Source: a virus. Taken from it: DNA of 64,000 bases. The position numbers were made by a program, and so were the translations under genes. Positions 9,959 through 20,853 of this stretch are shown piece by piece. The stretch covers positions 10,947-74,946 of IMG/VR virus record IMGVR_UViG_3300025000_000078. The stretch is one strand, 5' to 3'. Under the pieces are notes generated by a model that was not told the DNA's origin, ran no database searches, and saw nothing but the letters and a program-made list of their open reading frames with translations. Positions within the stretch are counted from its first letter, which is position 1. The number at the start of each line of letters is the position of its first letter.

Positions 9959-11731
9959 CTAAGTTGCTAATGCACCTCCAGCAAGGAAACCATACCATCT
10001 AGTACCACCATTTACAGTAACTAGTGTTAAGATATAAGTACTATTAATTGTACTGATATCAGGTATAGTATCAGAAGGCCATTTTACAGAAGCTGGCCAT
10101 GTGACTGCTTGTGCAGTTGCACCCTGATGAATAATTAAAGTAAGACTACACGCTTCTCCGGTTGTAGCAGGGTTTGAAAATACTAAAGTAGTTGCCCCAG
10201 TCAAGGTTAATTCATGTATATTACCTAAAGCAATATCTAAAGTCACTGAACCCGTAGCATTAGAATTTGGTGCAACAACTTCAGAATAGTCTTTAATTTT
10301 AGGCTGTTGAACTTCATTACGAGCATGAGATGTATTACCAGTAAATGCACCACCAGATTTATTCATTTTATTAACATCTTCTGGTATTGCTTTCCACTCA
10401 GTATCCAATTCAGTATCACTTTTTTTAAACAATGCTTGACCAGTAGTTCCTCCAGCTGCTACTCCTGGACCTGCCGGTCCTACATCTCCAGTAAGACCTT
10501 GTATTCCTTGAGGACCTTGAGGTCCGGTAGCTCCAGCAGGTCCAACCTCACCTTGAGCACCTGTCGGTCCTACATCTCCAGTAAGACCTTGTATTCCTTG
10601 AGGACCTACATCTCCAGTATCCCCTTTAACACCTGCCGGTCCTACATCTCCAGTAAGACCTTGTATTCCTTGAGGACCTACATCTCCAGTATCCCCTTTA
10701 ACACCTGCCGGTCCTACATCTCCAGTAAGACCTTGTATTCCTTGAGGACCTACATCTCCAGTAAGACCTTGTATTCCTTGAGGACCTTGAGGTCCGGTAG
10801 CTCCAGCAGGTCCAACCTCACCTTGTACACCGGCAGGCCCAGAAGGTCCTGATACTCCTTGTGGTCCTATTTGCCCTTGTAATCCTGTAAATTGACCATA
10901 ATCTTTCCAAGTAGCACCATCGTAACCTATAATATGCAAACTCTTGTCCCCTGATATACCAGCAGGTGTATTTTGATCAACACGTATATCACCAGCTGGG
11001 TCAACTACATAGATGTATTGATTGTTTACAGTTGATCCACTACTTTGTATAAAAGTTATGGTAGCTTCATCTAATACACCATATGATGTAGGAGCAAAAT
11101 TAGTTCCATTATTACCTGGAATACCCTGGGGACCAGCCTCACCTTGTAAACCAGTAGAACCTTGGGGTCCAGTAGGTCCAATCTCACCTTGTAAACCCTG
11201 AGCACCTTGAGGACCCTGGAGACCAACCTCACCTTGTAAACCAGTAGAACCTTGTGGTCCAGTTGGCCCTTCAACTCCAACCTCACCTTGTACACCCTGA
11301 GCACCTTGAGGACCTCTTAATAAAACGGGTTCAGACCAATCACTTAAATTATCAGAATTTTTAATATATAAGTTTCCAGTAACTGAGTCTAAAAAAGTAA
11401 ATCCTTTTAACTCAGCATCATATGAACCCAAATCAGCAATATCTCCAATTATATCAAAAGTAAGCCCTTCACCATTATCACCTTTAATACCTTGAGGTCC
11501 AGTTTCTCCCTGTGGACCCCTAGTTATAAAAGTTTTATCCTGCCAGATTTCACCAGTCCACATCTGATAACCTAAACCAACAGATATAAGAGTTTCTTCA
11601 ACTAGTTCTGTTGGATTATTAGTAAAATATTCATCTCGAATAATATCATCATTGAAAAAATGATTATTGTTTATATTATTAATGCGTTCTTTTTTAATTT
11701 TATTAATTTTTGCTAAAAGCAAAGGGTCCAC
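9959..11731 (-). CDS. Collagen-like (Gly-X-Y) fibre protein
   Basis: Long GPQG/GPAG repeats and a C-terminal beta-rich domain ending TRWYG. Confidence 0.85.
   Translation of the reverse strand: MDPLLLAKINKIKKERINNINNNHFFNDDIIRDEYFTNNPTELVEETLISVGLGYQMWTGEIWQDKTFITRGPQGETGPQGIKGDNGEGLTFDIIGDIADLGSYDAELKGFTFLDSVTGNLYIKNSDNLSDWSEPVLLRGPQGAQGVQGEVGVEGPTGPQGSTGLQGEVGLQGPQGAQGLQGEIGPTGPQGSTGLQGEAGPQGIPGNNGTNFAPTSYGVLDEATITFIQSSGSTVNNQYIYVVDPAGDIRVDQNTPAGISGDKSLHIIGYDGATWKDYGQFTGLQGQIGPQGVSGPSGPAGVQGEVGPAGATGPQGPQGIQGLTGDVGPQGIQGLTGDVGPAGVKGDTGDVGPQGIQGLTGDVGPAGVKGDTGDVGPQGIQGLTGDVGPTGAQGEVGPAGATGPQGPQGIQGLTGDVGPAGPGVAAGGTTGQALFKKSDTELDTEWKAIPEDVNKMNKSGGAFTGNTSHARNEVQQPKIKDYSEVVAPNSNATGSVTLDIALGNIHELTLTGATTLVFSNPATTGEACSLTLIIHQGATAQAVTWPASVKWPSDTIPDISTINSTYILTLVTVNGGTRWYGFLAGGALAT
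10466..10870 (-). repeat. Exact nucleotide tandem repeats in the collagen region
   Basis: A 72-nt unit ([24 protein letters not shown]) occurs in tandem; the sub-unit [12 protein letters not shown] occurs five times with identical DNA. Confidence 0.8.
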
Positions 11732-12028
11732 TTATATCAACTCCCAACTTATACCATTGGATACTTCTACACCATCAGCATGTGGATCAGTATCAACTGA
11801 CCAATAAGTTGTACCAACAACAACACTATCTGGTGAAGGTCTATTAGCAGCTAAACCCCTTCGATTAAGATTATCACCATTACTAACAGTCTCTAATGTA
11901 CCATCAATACTATGCCTTTGGGGTATTAACAAACCTGCCTGTGTTAAAACATATGGTATTTGTTTTAATGCTAAATCATTATTATTATCTTTAAAAAAGA
12001 CTTTCTTAGGTAGACCATACATTAACAT
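11732..12028 (-). CDS. Hypothetical virion protein
   Basis: N-terminus resembles 20294-20806 (LPKK...KD...Q.PY...GLL.PQ.H). Confidence 0.6.
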   Translation of the reverse strand: MLMYGLPKKVFFKDNNNDLALKQIPYVLTQAGLLIPQRHSIDGTLETVSNGDNLNRRGLAANRPSPDSVVVGTTYWSVDTDPHADGVEVSNGISWELI

Positions 12029-12057
12029 AATAATTATTCCCCTTTCCTTTATTTTAT

Positions 12058-13224
12058 TTATATGTTGTTTTTTTGAATGCTTGCAACAAAAAAAGTAAAT
12101 AAAGCTCTTCTAAAATTATTTATAGTAGCCAATCTTTGTGTTTTCTTATATGTTCCTAGTTCTTCTAACCAACCATCCAGAACTTTTTTAATTTTAATAA
12201 TATTCTTATCAGATGTGTTAGATTTCTTATATAATTCTAAGCAATATACTAAAAACTCATTACTACCTATTTGTTGAATAGTATTATGTGAATCGAATAA
12301 AAATAAAAATAATATACTATCAACAATAGTTCTTATTTCTTCCCTTTTTTCTTGCACTAATAAAGTTTCTATATAATTTCTTAATTCACTTACACTAACT
12401 TGACATAATTTAGCTGATAATGTAATTGAATTTATATTAGGACCATTTACTATTAATTTAAGAACTACTGCATTGGTAATTCTTTCTATAGCATAAATGT
12501 TACTATCAGATTCATGATAATTACCTTCTTCAAAACTGTCACTTTCTAAATTCATATATTTTTTATCATTATGATTATCATAAAACTCATTAGCGATCTT
12601 TCTCATTAACATATTCAAACGAGTTTTTATAGCCTGAACATAATCAACTATTTCTTTATCACTACCATGAATTAATTCATCAGTATACTTTCTATCACTA
12701 ACAAATGATGTATCTATTAATGCATTATGAATAGTACCAGTTTGCTTGATTTTAAATTTATTAGATAAGTTGTTGATGGTATAATTCATAATATTTTCAT
12801 TAGGTTCAAATTCAAAATATTTATGATGTAAAGATGGATACATTGATAATGTTAAATATATTAAAACTATGTCTGCCATATCATTCATTTTTTTTATTTT
12901 AAAATACCTAATAGCTAAACAACATGCTGAATTAAATGGATTATTCATTATTTGCCACTGAGTTTTAATTGTAGGTGAATTTTTAATAATTTCTTTAATT
13001 TTTAAAGGTTCAACCTCAATTGCTTTATACATTTCATTCATATCATCTTCTGAAAATATAGTTCTATGAATAGGACCAATAGTAGATAATTTATTACTAT
13101 TTATATCTATATATCTTCCAACTGCTTTTTTTAAATTTAAAACATTTTCTTTTTTCGATAATCCTTTTTCTATTAAAGGATATAGTTGGGTAATTAGTAC
13201 TTTATCATTAGGCAAATTTATCAC
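12058..13224 (-). CDS. Hypothetical late protein
   Basis: 388-aa ORF with a late promoter at 13246-13257. Confidence 0.75.
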   Translation of the reverse strand: MINLPNDKVLITQLYPLIEKGLSKKENVLNLKKAVGRYIDINSNKLSTIGPIHRTIFSEDDMNEMYKAIEVEPLKIKEIIKNSPTIKTQWQIMNNPFNSACCLAIRYFKIKKMNDMADIVLIYLTLSMYPSLHHKYFEFEPNENIMNYTINNLSNKFKIKQTGTIHNALIDTSFVSDRKYTDELIHGSDKEIVDYVQAIKTRLNMLMRKIANEFYDNHNDKKYMNLESDSFEEGNYHESDSNIYAIERITNAVVLKLIVNGPNINSITLSAKLCQVSVSELRNYIETLLVQEKREEIRTIVDSILFLFLFDSHNTIQQIGSNEFLVYCLELYKKSNTSDKNIIKIKKVLDGWLEELGTYKKTQRLATINNFRRALFTFFVASIQKNNI

Positions 13225-13245
13225 AACCTTTTATATTTTTATCGT

Positions 13246-13273
13246 TATTATTATGTTAAAGAACAAAGTTATA
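13246..13273. promoter_or_regulatory. Back-to-back late promoters (AACA-N6-TA), 4 bp apart
   Basis: Minus copy 13246-13257 and plus copy 13262-13273. Confidence 0.65.
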
Positions 13274-13305
13274 ATAGGAAAAAGAAAGAGTGGTGTATAT
13301 AAAAC

Positions 13306-14496
13306 ATGAGTGTTTTATTATGTAATAAAAGTATTAAACAATTTATACCTGTTAAAGAAACTTATTATGGTAAATCTAAAGAATTTATTAAGATTGAAAA
13401 TGAATTAAAAAAAATAATAGACATAGTAAAACAGGAAGAAAATAAAAGTATATTCACAGCTAGAACTGATTTAGATAATTCTAGTGCTAATAAAAATATA
13501 GAGAAAATACTTACCGATTTTTTTAAAGTTAAATATATTAGAATTAATTGGTCTGATAATTCACCCAATGCTTATACTAGAGTGACATCATTACCATTAA
13601 TGTATTTAACTAATAATAAAAATTTAAAAGAAAATAAAAAATTTATAAATAATGAATTAAAAATTTATATTTTTTTAACAACAACATTAATTAGTTTTTG
13701 TGATTTAGATGAAAAAGAAATATTAGCAATTATTCTACATGAAATAGGACACAATTTTACAATAACACCTTTTTATCTTATGTCATTATTACCTCTATTA
13801 GTTATAGCTCCATTTTCTTATTTTTTTTTACCCTCTTTACAAATTGCTTTATCTGAATTTACAATATTTACAAATAATTTATTTAAAAATTTTTTACCAT
13901 CACTATATAATATGACATCATCAATAAGAAAATTTTTAAACAATACGTCTGGATTGAGAATAGTATCCCCTAATGAATTAATGACATTGATTATATTAAT
14001 TCCAAGTTATTTATTTCAAATGGGTACAGGATATTATGAAGAAAAATTTTCAGATACATTTGCAGCTTCCTTTGGATATGGTAAAGATTTATCATCAGCT
14101 TTATATAAGTTAACTAATCAAAAAAAATCACTATATAATAAAATTATAGTAGAAACTCCTATTATAAATTTAGTTGCTGATTTTTATAAAATTATGATTG
14201 ATTGTGTTATATCTTTTATAGATCCGCATCCAAATGTTCAAACAAGAATTGTTGTAATGATAGATAAACTAAAAAGAGACTTAGATGACCCTAATATACC
14301 TAAAGATTTAAAAATAGAATTAAAAAATAATATTAAATATATTGAAGAATATTATAATAAATTTTATTTAAATGATCCATATACTAAAAAACATAAAATA
14401 TTTACTCAAATGACATTAGAATTATATGATAAAATATTAGGAACTAAAGATTGGCGAGCTGGAATGAGTAGTTTATTTAAAAATTATGAAGCTTAA
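13306..14496 (+). CDS. Zincin metalloprotease-like protein (M48-like)
   Basis: AIILHEIGH, EEKFSD, L.SAL.KL and HP...R motifs. Confidence 0.75.
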   Translation: MSVLLCNKSIKQFIPVKETYYGKSKEFIKIENELKKIIDIVKQEENKSIFTARTDLDNSSANKNIEKILTDFFKVKYIRINWSDNSPNAYTRVTSLPLMYLTNNKNLKENKKFINNELKIYIFLTTTLISFCDLDEKEILAIILHEIGHNFTITPFYLMSLLPLLVIAPFSYFFLPSLQIALSEFTIFTNNLFKNFLPSLYNMTSSIRKFLNNTSGLRIVSPNELMTLIILIPSYLFQMGTGYYEEKFSDTFAASFGYGKDLSSALYKLTNQKKSLYNKIIVETPIINLVADFYKIMIDCVISFIDPHPNVQTRIVVMIDKLKRDLDDPNIPKDLKIELKNNIKYIEEYYNKFYLNDPYTKKHKIFTQMTLELYDKILGTKDWRAGMSSLFKNYEA

Positions 14497-14601
14497 CAAA
14501 AAAAATAAAACCATGTCATAAATAAATAGATATAGTTTTATTTTTTATATATTAAATTTATGATAATAAACTATCACAATTATATCTATTATATACAAAT
14601 A

Positions 14602-14934
14602 TTATTGAATTATAAAATTAATAATATAGTCTATTATATCATTATAGTTATCACACTTAAAAAGCATTTTACTATCCCAAAATTCATTTGAATATCCAAA
14701 AGATACATGTTCATATTTATTACTTTTATAAACGACTACATCATCACTAATACTATGTTCTGAAAATGCAACCGTTTTAACTTCCCCATTGTCCAACCAT
14801 TGAATAATTCTATATCCCTGCTCCCTATAATTCTCAAATGCTTCTAATGTTAAATCAATTTTTTTTAATCTATTTTCCACTAACAATAAATTTTTAATAT
14901 TTTCTGCAACTTTCATTTTACTTAATTTTAACAT
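14602..14934 (-). CDS. Hypothetical protein
   Basis: 110-aa ORF with RBS. Confidence 0.65.
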   Translation of the reverse strand: MLKLSKMKVAENIKNLLLVENRLKKIDLTLEAFENYREQGYRIIQWLDNGEVKTVAFSEHSISDDVVVYKSNKYEHVSFGYSNEFWDSKMLFKCDNYNDIIDYIINFIIQ

Positions 14935-15040
14935 TTATAACCCTCCTTTAAATTTATTTATCTATTTAAATGATATATATTTGAATATTTATATAATACT
15001 AAAAAAATAAAGTTATGTGTATTATCACATAACTTTATTT

Positions 15041-15304
15041 TTATAATTCATAAATAGGAATAAATACTAACCACCATCCACCACCAGTGATTGATTTTTC
15101 ACCAACCACAGATTTTGTGGTTTTAACATAGATTAATTCTAACTTAAAACCACATTCCTTTATTTTTTCAACAACTTCATTTTCTGTCATTTTTTCATCT
15201 ATTTCTTTACATAATTTATATATAAAACAATCAGAAGTGTTACATGAATCTTGGAATTGACGACAGGATCTACTAATACAAGTATTAATAGTATTTAAAA
15301 ACAT
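15041..15304 (-). CDS. Small Cys-rich protein
   Basis: C-x6-C-x4-C-x-IY-x-LC pattern shared with 45232-45489. Confidence 0.55.
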   Translation of the reverse strand: MFLNTINTCISRSCRQFQDSCNTSDCFIYKLCKEIDEKMTENEVVEKIKECGFKLELIYVKTTKSVVGEKSITGGGWWLVFIPIYEL

Positions 15305-15330
15305 AAATAAAAACCCCCCTGTGTATATAT

Positions 15331-15780
15331 TTATTGTTTTATAAATCTTATAAAAGATTCAATAAACTCCTTAGACATTAATATTCTGTATATTCCGTTT
15401 ATAGTAATAAATGTATTCTCATTAACATCAAACCAACAGCCACGTATACTTGTACCCCAATTAATCCAATCATTCATATGTAAAATATTACATACAATAA
15501 TAAACTTTTTGTAATTATCTTTATTTTCAGTATATTCAAAATTTTTTTTATTATAAATAACCTCAATGATATTAAATATATCTCTACCAAATTCAATATC
15601 CAAATCTAAATCATATGTTACTAAATCAAATATAGAACTAGCTAAAAATGCAAATTTTTTATCTTGATTAGATATATTTTCATCAAATTTTTCTTGTTCT
15701 TGTTCATCACCCCAACTTTCTTTTTCACATTGATACCAATCACTATATAATTTTTGAATTATTTCCATCATATTAAACAC
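15331..15780 (-). CDS. Hypothetical protein
   Basis: 149-aa ORF with FDLVTYD and WINWGTSIRGCW. Confidence 0.65.
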   Translation of the reverse strand: MFNMMEIIQKLYSDWYQCEKESWGDEQEQEKFDENISNQDKKFAFLASSIFDLVTYDLDLDIEFGRDIFNIIEVIYNKKNFEYTENKDNYKKFIIVCNILHMNDWINWGTSIRGCWFDVNENTFITINGIYRILMSKEFIESFIRFIKQ

Positions 15781-15843
15781 CCCTTTTCCTTAATAAAAAT
15801 AAAGGTTATGTTGATTATTTCACATAACCCTTTATTTTATAAT

Positions 15844-16299
15844 TTAAAAATTATACATTTTATCAAAATCTTCATCCATGTCTCTTGCAACATCCTTCCA
15901 ATATTCTTTTGAATATTCTTCATTACTTTTCTTTTCATATTTCAATCGATTCTGTTCTTTTCTTGTTATATTTTTTACTTTTACAAATATCATATCACCT
16001 TCACCATTAACTTTTACCTTTATTTCCGAATTGGTTTCCCATTCAAATTTATCACCTTCATAAAATACTATTCCGTAAGAACCACCATAAGTAACAAGTA
16101 TTAGTGGTCTCTTTTTATTCGAATATAACTTACTATTTATTAAATGGTGTTTTGATACCTTCGCCGGTAATTCATTTCCTAAAAACACTTTTTTTCCATT
16201 ATAAACCTTATATCTAGCAAAATATGATACTTCAATTACACTTCTTAATGCATTTAAAACAGAATTTAAGGTTAGTATATTTAATGTTAATTTATTCAT
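15844..16299 (-). CDS. Hypothetical protein
   Basis: 151-aa ORF with AGGAGG RBS and an early motif upstream. Confidence 0.65.
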   Translation of the reverse strand: MNKLTLNILTLNSVLNALRSVIEVSYFARYKVYNGKKVFLGNELPAKVSKHHLINSKLYSNKKRPLILVTYGGSYGIVFYEGDKFEWETNSEIKVKVNGEGDMIFVKVKNITRKEQNRLKYEKKSNEEYSKEYWKDVARDMDEDFDKMYNF

Positions 16300-16446
16300 A
16301 TTAAAACCTCCTTAAAACCCAATAAGTATATTTATTTCCCCTTTATTGGTGGGAATAATATTTAATCTATTATAATAATATATATTTATTATTAATAAAA
16401 ATACTAAAATAAAATACTAGTAATATACTAGTATTTTATTTATAAT

Positions 16447-16919
16447 TTAAGTTCTTTTATATATAGTTATAAAAGGTGTTGTCTGATAAGCCATAGCTAA
16501 ATAATTACCATCTGGTGAAAAAGAACATCCTCTACCAATACCTGTAGGTAATATACTAGGATCAGATAATTTAGTAAATGTATCACCACTTCTTTTATAT
16601 ATAGTTATAAAAGGTGATGTATCACACGCTACAGCTAAATAATTATTATCTAGTGAGAAATAACAATCAAAACCAGTATATGGAGGTAATATACTTGGAT
16701 CAGTTAATTTAGTAAAAGTATCACCATTTCTTTTATATATAGTTATATAAGGTGATGTACCATGTCCTATAGCTAGATAATTATTATCTGGTGAGAAAGA
16801 ACAACTATAAGCAGTACCTGTAGGTAATATATCTGGATCAGATAATTTGGTAGATGTATCACCCCTCCATTATTAATAATATTTTTAAAACTACTCATTA
16901 TCATTAAATTAATTAACAT
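16447..16919 (-). pseudogene. Frameshifted 3-blade copy of the beta-propeller gene
   Basis: ATG at 16919 with promoter, RBS and terminator like those of the upstream gene. Frame breaks at GGAGGGGT (about 16861-16868), followed by three intact 47-aa repeats to a TAA at 16447. Confidence 0.75.
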
Positions 16920-17045
16920 ATTTATCAACCTTTCTTTTTAAGTATTTTATACTAATGTTGAAAGTATAGATATGGATGAATATACTTATTATTAATATAA
17001 ATACTAAAATAAAATACTAGTATATACTAGTATTTTATTAATAAG

Positions 17046-18062
17046 TTAACCTCTTTTATATATAGTTATATAAGGTGATGTATCATGCGCTACAGCTAAA
17101 TAATTACCATCTGGTGAGAAAGAACAACCATAACCATTACCTGTAGGTAATATACTTGGATTAGATAATTTAGTAAAGGTATCACCATTTCTTTTATATA
17201 TAATTATATAAGGTGTTGTGTAATGTGCTACAGCTAAATAATTACCATCTGGTGAGAAATAACAACCTCTACCAGTACTTGTAGGTAATATACTTGGATT
17301 ATCTAATTTAGTAAATGTATCTCCACTTCTTTTATATATAGTTATATTAGGTGTTGTGTAATGTGCTACAACTAAATAATTATTATCTGGTGAGAAAGAA
17401 CAACCATAAGCACCACCTGTAGGTAATATACTAGGATTAGATAATTTAGTAAATGTATCTCCACTTCTTTTATATATAGTAATATAAGGTGATGTATTAT
17501 GTGATACAGCTAAATAATTATTATCTAATGAAAAAGAACAACCTGTACTATAATTTGTAGGTAATATACTAGGATCAGGTAATTTAGTAAATGTATCACC
17601 ACTTCTTTTATATATAGTTATATAAGGTGATGTATTATGTGATACAGCTAAATAATTACCATCTGGTGAGAAATAACACCCATAACCATTACCTGTAGGT
17701 AATGTACCAGGATTATCTAATTTAGTAAATGTATCTCCACTTCTTTTATATATAGTTATATAAGGTGATGTATCATGTGCTACAGCTAAATAATTATTAT
17801 CTGGTGAGAAAGAACATCCATAACCAGTACCTGTAGGTAATATACTAGGATTAGGTAATTTAGTAAAGGTATCACCTTCCCTTTTATATATAGTTATATA
17901 AGGTGAAGAACTATGTGCTACAGCTAAATAATTATTATCTGGTGAGAAATAACAACCATAACTAATACCTGTGGGTAATATATTAGATTCATCTAATTTA
18001 GTTAATATACTATTATTATTATTATTATTAAAACTACTCATTAACATTAAGTTACTTAACAT
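17046..18062 (-). CDS. Seven-bladed beta-propeller (WD40-like) repeat protein
   Basis: Seven 47-aa repeats (FTKL.NP.ILPT....GC.FSPD.NYLAV.H..SPYITIYKR); late promoter at 18091-18102. Confidence 0.85.
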   Translation of the reverse strand: MLSNLMLMSSFNNNNNNSILTKLDESNILPTGISYGCYFSPDNNYLAVAHSSSPYITIYKREGDTFTKLPNPSILPTGTGYGCSFSPDNNYLAVAHDTSPYITIYKRSGDTFTKLDNPGTLPTGNGYGCYFSPDGNYLAVSHNTSPYITIYKRSGDTFTKLPDPSILPTNYSTGCSFSLDNNYLAVSHNTSPYITIYKRSGDTFTKLSNPSILPTGGAYGCSFSPDNNYLVVAHYTTPNITIYKRSGDTFTKLDNPSILPTSTGRGCYFSPDGNYLAVAHYTTPYIIIYKRNGDTFTKLSNPSILPTGNGYGCSFSPDGNYLAVAHDTSPYITIYKRG

Positions 18063-18196
18063 AATAATCAACCTTTCTTTATAAGTATTTTATATCAATG
18101 TTGAAAATATATAAAATATTTATACTTTAAACTATAATAAATAAAAATTTATAGATAAGGTAATTCTCTCTCACCTTATCTATAAATTTAAATAAT

Positions 18197-18508
18197 TTAG
18201 TTTATATATAGAATAAAATTAATTAGTACATGTAAAGTTTGATCAATGAATAAATAAACTCTTGGATTCTTATGTCCATTTCTAGCTTTATCATAATCTA
18301 TAATCATATGAGTAATAAATAAAACTAAAACTTTCCATACTGTATAAACACCTAAAATTTTAAAACATAAAGAAATTGTTAAAGCATATATTATACTATG
18401 TGCTAAAAGACTAGAAAAATATTTACCTTTAGTTTCTGCAAGAAATGGACCTTGTAAAGGATAATCTGCAAGATAATGTGCAAATAAAACCCATAATAAA
18501 TTTTCCAT
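18197..18508 (-). CDS. DUF3307-like membrane protein
   Basis: AHYLADYPLQ, H.IID and DQTLH motifs. Confidence 0.75.
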   Translation of the reverse strand: MENLLWVLFAHYLADYPLQGPFLAETKGKYFSSLLAHSIIYALTISLCFKILGVYTVWKVLVLFITHMIIDYDKARNGHKNPRVYLFIDQTLHVLINFILYIN

Positions 18509-18562
18509 AATTATTTAATTTTCCCTCTTTTACTATTATATGGATAAATTACCCATATTAAT

Positions 18563-18976
18563 TTAATGAAAAAAATCTTGAAGTAATTCTTTTAATTGTT
18601 CTATAGAAATATAAATTATTTTTTGTACAGAATTATTTTTATTAGATATATTATTTTCATCTTTTTTTAAATAATCTTCATAATTAATTAAAAACTCATC
18701 TATCCATTTTAATAATAATTCATGAGATATTTGTCCATTATGTTCAGGATGTTTCTTACATGATAAAGTATTTAAAAATTTTCTCATATTTTCATGATAT
18801 GAATCAAGAATAAATTTTTTTTCACGACATTCTCGAAGTGTTCTATAATACACAGTTTTATTAGTAATATTCATATTATCACATATAATAATTCTAATAT
18901 CACTAAGTTTTCTATTTTTATTTTTTAATCCATTATAAAGATTAGAAAACTCAATGAGTTTACTTAAATCACACAT
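18563..18976 (-). CDS. Hypothetical protein
   Basis: 137-aa ORF with RBS and a late promoter at 19009-19020. Confidence 0.6.
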   Translation of the reverse strand: MCDLSKLIEFSNLYNGLKNKNRKLSDIRIIICDNMNITNKTVYYRTLRECREKKFILDSYHENMRKFLNTLSCKKHPEHNGQISHELLLKWIDEFLINYEDYLKKDENNISNKNNSVQKIIYISIEQLKELLQDFFH

Positions 18977-19133
18977 ATTTTTTAAACACCTCCAAATAAT
19001 TCAATTATTAACTAATTGTTTAATTAACTGTAAAAAATTAATTTTATTACTAAATAAGTAAATTCTTTTTACTTAAACATTTTTTAAATAAACAATTAAA
19101 TAAAAAATACTTATCTAAAAGGAGGAGAATTAA

Positions 19134-19469
19134 ATGATAACTAAACCAAAAGGTATGTATCAAGGTCAACCTGGTATCTTAGAAACAACGTTATATACTG
19201 TTCCAGAAGGAAATACAATGGTATTAAAAGAAATTATTATTACGAATACATCAGCATTGGCTGCTACAATATCATTATCTGTAGTTCCTGCTGGTAATGT
19301 CGCCGGAGTTACTAACCGTATAAAAGTTGCTGAAGAAATAGCAGCTAATAAATCTGAAACATTTGAAGTTGAAATCCCAATGAAGGTTGGAGATTTTATC
19401 AGTGGGTTACAAGGAACTGCTGATTCAATAACTTTAACTATTTCAGGTGAAGAAATTTTAACATATTAA
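19134..19469 (+). CDS. Small virion beta-sandwich protein, paralog of 19937-20269
   Basis: YTVP...GDFISGLQGT shared; late promoter at 19091-19102. Confidence 0.7.
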   Translation: MITKPKGMYQGQPGILETTLYTVPEGNTMVLKEIIITNTSALAATISLSVVPAGNVAGVTNRIKVAEEIAANKSETFEVEIPMKVGDFISGLQGTADSITLTISGEEILTY

Positions 19470-19586
19470 AAATATTTTTTCATTATTATCATATAATTTA
19501 TATGATAATAATGAAAAAAAATACTATTTATCTAATTTAATAAAACAAATATTTAAATAAAATATTATAATCTATTAAAAAAGGAT

Positions 19587-19937
19587 GTGATATATTTAAT
19601 GAGTTATTTAGTTATAAATCAAACTGACATTGTGGTTAATTGGGAAAATGTCGATCCTGTTTTACCCACTTCCACTATTGGAATACAGGTTGATGGTAAT
19701 AATGTTAAACTTCGAATAGGAAATGGTGTTGATAAGTTTAGTGAATTAAATGTAATGTGGTCTGGTACTAATTTAGATTTTCAAAATAGTTTTAAAAAAA
19801 TAAGTCAAAGTGTACAAAATGTAATAGAAACAAATATATCCATTGATGCTGCAATAAAAAATGTTACTGATATTTCTACACAGAAAACTTCTTTTAATGA
19901 ATATAAAATAAGACAAATAATGGGGGTTGAATTATAA
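19587..19937 (+). CDS. Tail-associated protein with Mtd_N/hyaluronidase-N-like domain
   Basis: W..VDPVL....IG......KLRIGNG...FSEL, similar to the N-terminus of 37231-39147. Confidence 0.6.
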   Translation: MIYLMSYLVINQTDIVVNWENVDPVLPTSTIGIQVDGNNVKLRIGNGVDKFSELNVMWSGTNLDFQNSFKKISQSVQNVIETNISIDAAIKNVTDISTQKTSFNEYKIRQIMGVEL

Positions 19938-20269
19938 TGGCGACTACACCTAAAGTTTTATACAGAAATTTAATAGGTACAATAGAAGAAAGTGTTTACA
20001 CTGTTCCAGCTGATACTACAACTATTATAACTGGAATTGTTGTATGTAATAATACCGCTTCAACGGCTACTTTAACACTATCAGTGGTACCTAATGAGGA
20101 AGTAGCTGACACTACAAATCGTATAATGAACACTGAAGAATTAGATGGTAATCAATCTGCAAGTATTAAATACAATTTACCTATGCAAGTAGGAGATTTT
20201 ATCAGTGGGCTACAAGGAACTGAAAATGCTTTAACTGTAACTATTTATGGTATTGAAATAACTGAATAA
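19937..20269 (+). CDS. Small virion protein, paralog of 19134-19469
   Basis: Shared motifs as above. Confidence 0.7.
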   Translation: MATTPKVLYRNLIGTIEESVYTVPADTTTIITGIVVCNNTASTATLTLSVVPNEEVADTTNRIMNTEELDGNQSASIKYNLPMQVGDFISGLQGTENALTVTIYGIEITE

Positions 20270-20293
20270 TTAATAAATGGTCTACAGGAGGAG

Positions 20294-20806
20294 ATGATAA
20301 ATTTGTTAAATAAAAATTTACCTAAGAAATTATTATATAAAGATGCAAATGGTAATACTGCTATAATGCAAGTACCATATGCAATGTTACCTTCTGGTCT
20401 ATTACTACCTCAAAAACATGATAGGGAAGGTATACTGATTAATCAACCATATGGTAATAATACTGAGTTACTACCAGAGGTTACAATTACTTGGGATGGT
20501 ATAAAATTATTTGATTCAGTTGAAATACCAGTAACATTAAAGGATAGTATTATGATAAGTATTGACAATAGCGATACAGCATCAGAATTAACTGCTACTT
20601 TAGAGGTTGAGTTTACAGAAAATGAGTGGCGACAATTGTATGATACTACTGGTACGGCTGTTTCATTTACTGTAGGTGCTAATAAGAAATTTATTTACGG
20701 TCCGTTCCAAAAATTCCCTCGATATTTAAACGGTAGAATTGTACTAACATCTGCTGTTGAACCAACTGATACTAAATTAACCAAAGTACAAGTTCAAGAA
20801 GTATAA
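20294..20806 (+). CDS. Hypothetical virion protein
   Basis: 170-aa ORF with AGGAGG RBS; N-terminus resembles 11732-12028. Confidence 0.65.
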   Translation: MINLLNKNLPKKLLYKDANGNTAIMQVPYAMLPSGLLLPQKHDREGILINQPYGNNTELLPEVTITWDGIKLFDSVEIPVTLKDSIMISIDNSDTASELTATLEVEFTENEWRQLYDTTGTAVSFTVGANKKFIYGPFQKFPRYLNGRIVLTSAVEPTDTKLTKVQVQEV

Positions 20807-20813
20807 AAAAATA

Positions 20814-20851
20814 AAATATTCATATGATATAAATATATCATATGAATATTT
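20814..20851. terminator. Bidirectional terminator hairpin
   Basis: AAATATTCATATGATAT / ATATCATATGAATATTT between convergent genes. Confidence 0.7.
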
Positions 20852-20853
20852 TT

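Noticed and set aside
10307-11304. ORFs 10307-10852 (+) and 11071-11304 (-)
   Set aside because: Shadow frames of the collagen repeats.
16447-18062. Diversity-generating retroelement TR/VR pair
   Set aside because: No reverse transcriptase in the window and differences are not confined to adenines; NNT codons are expected from AT bias.
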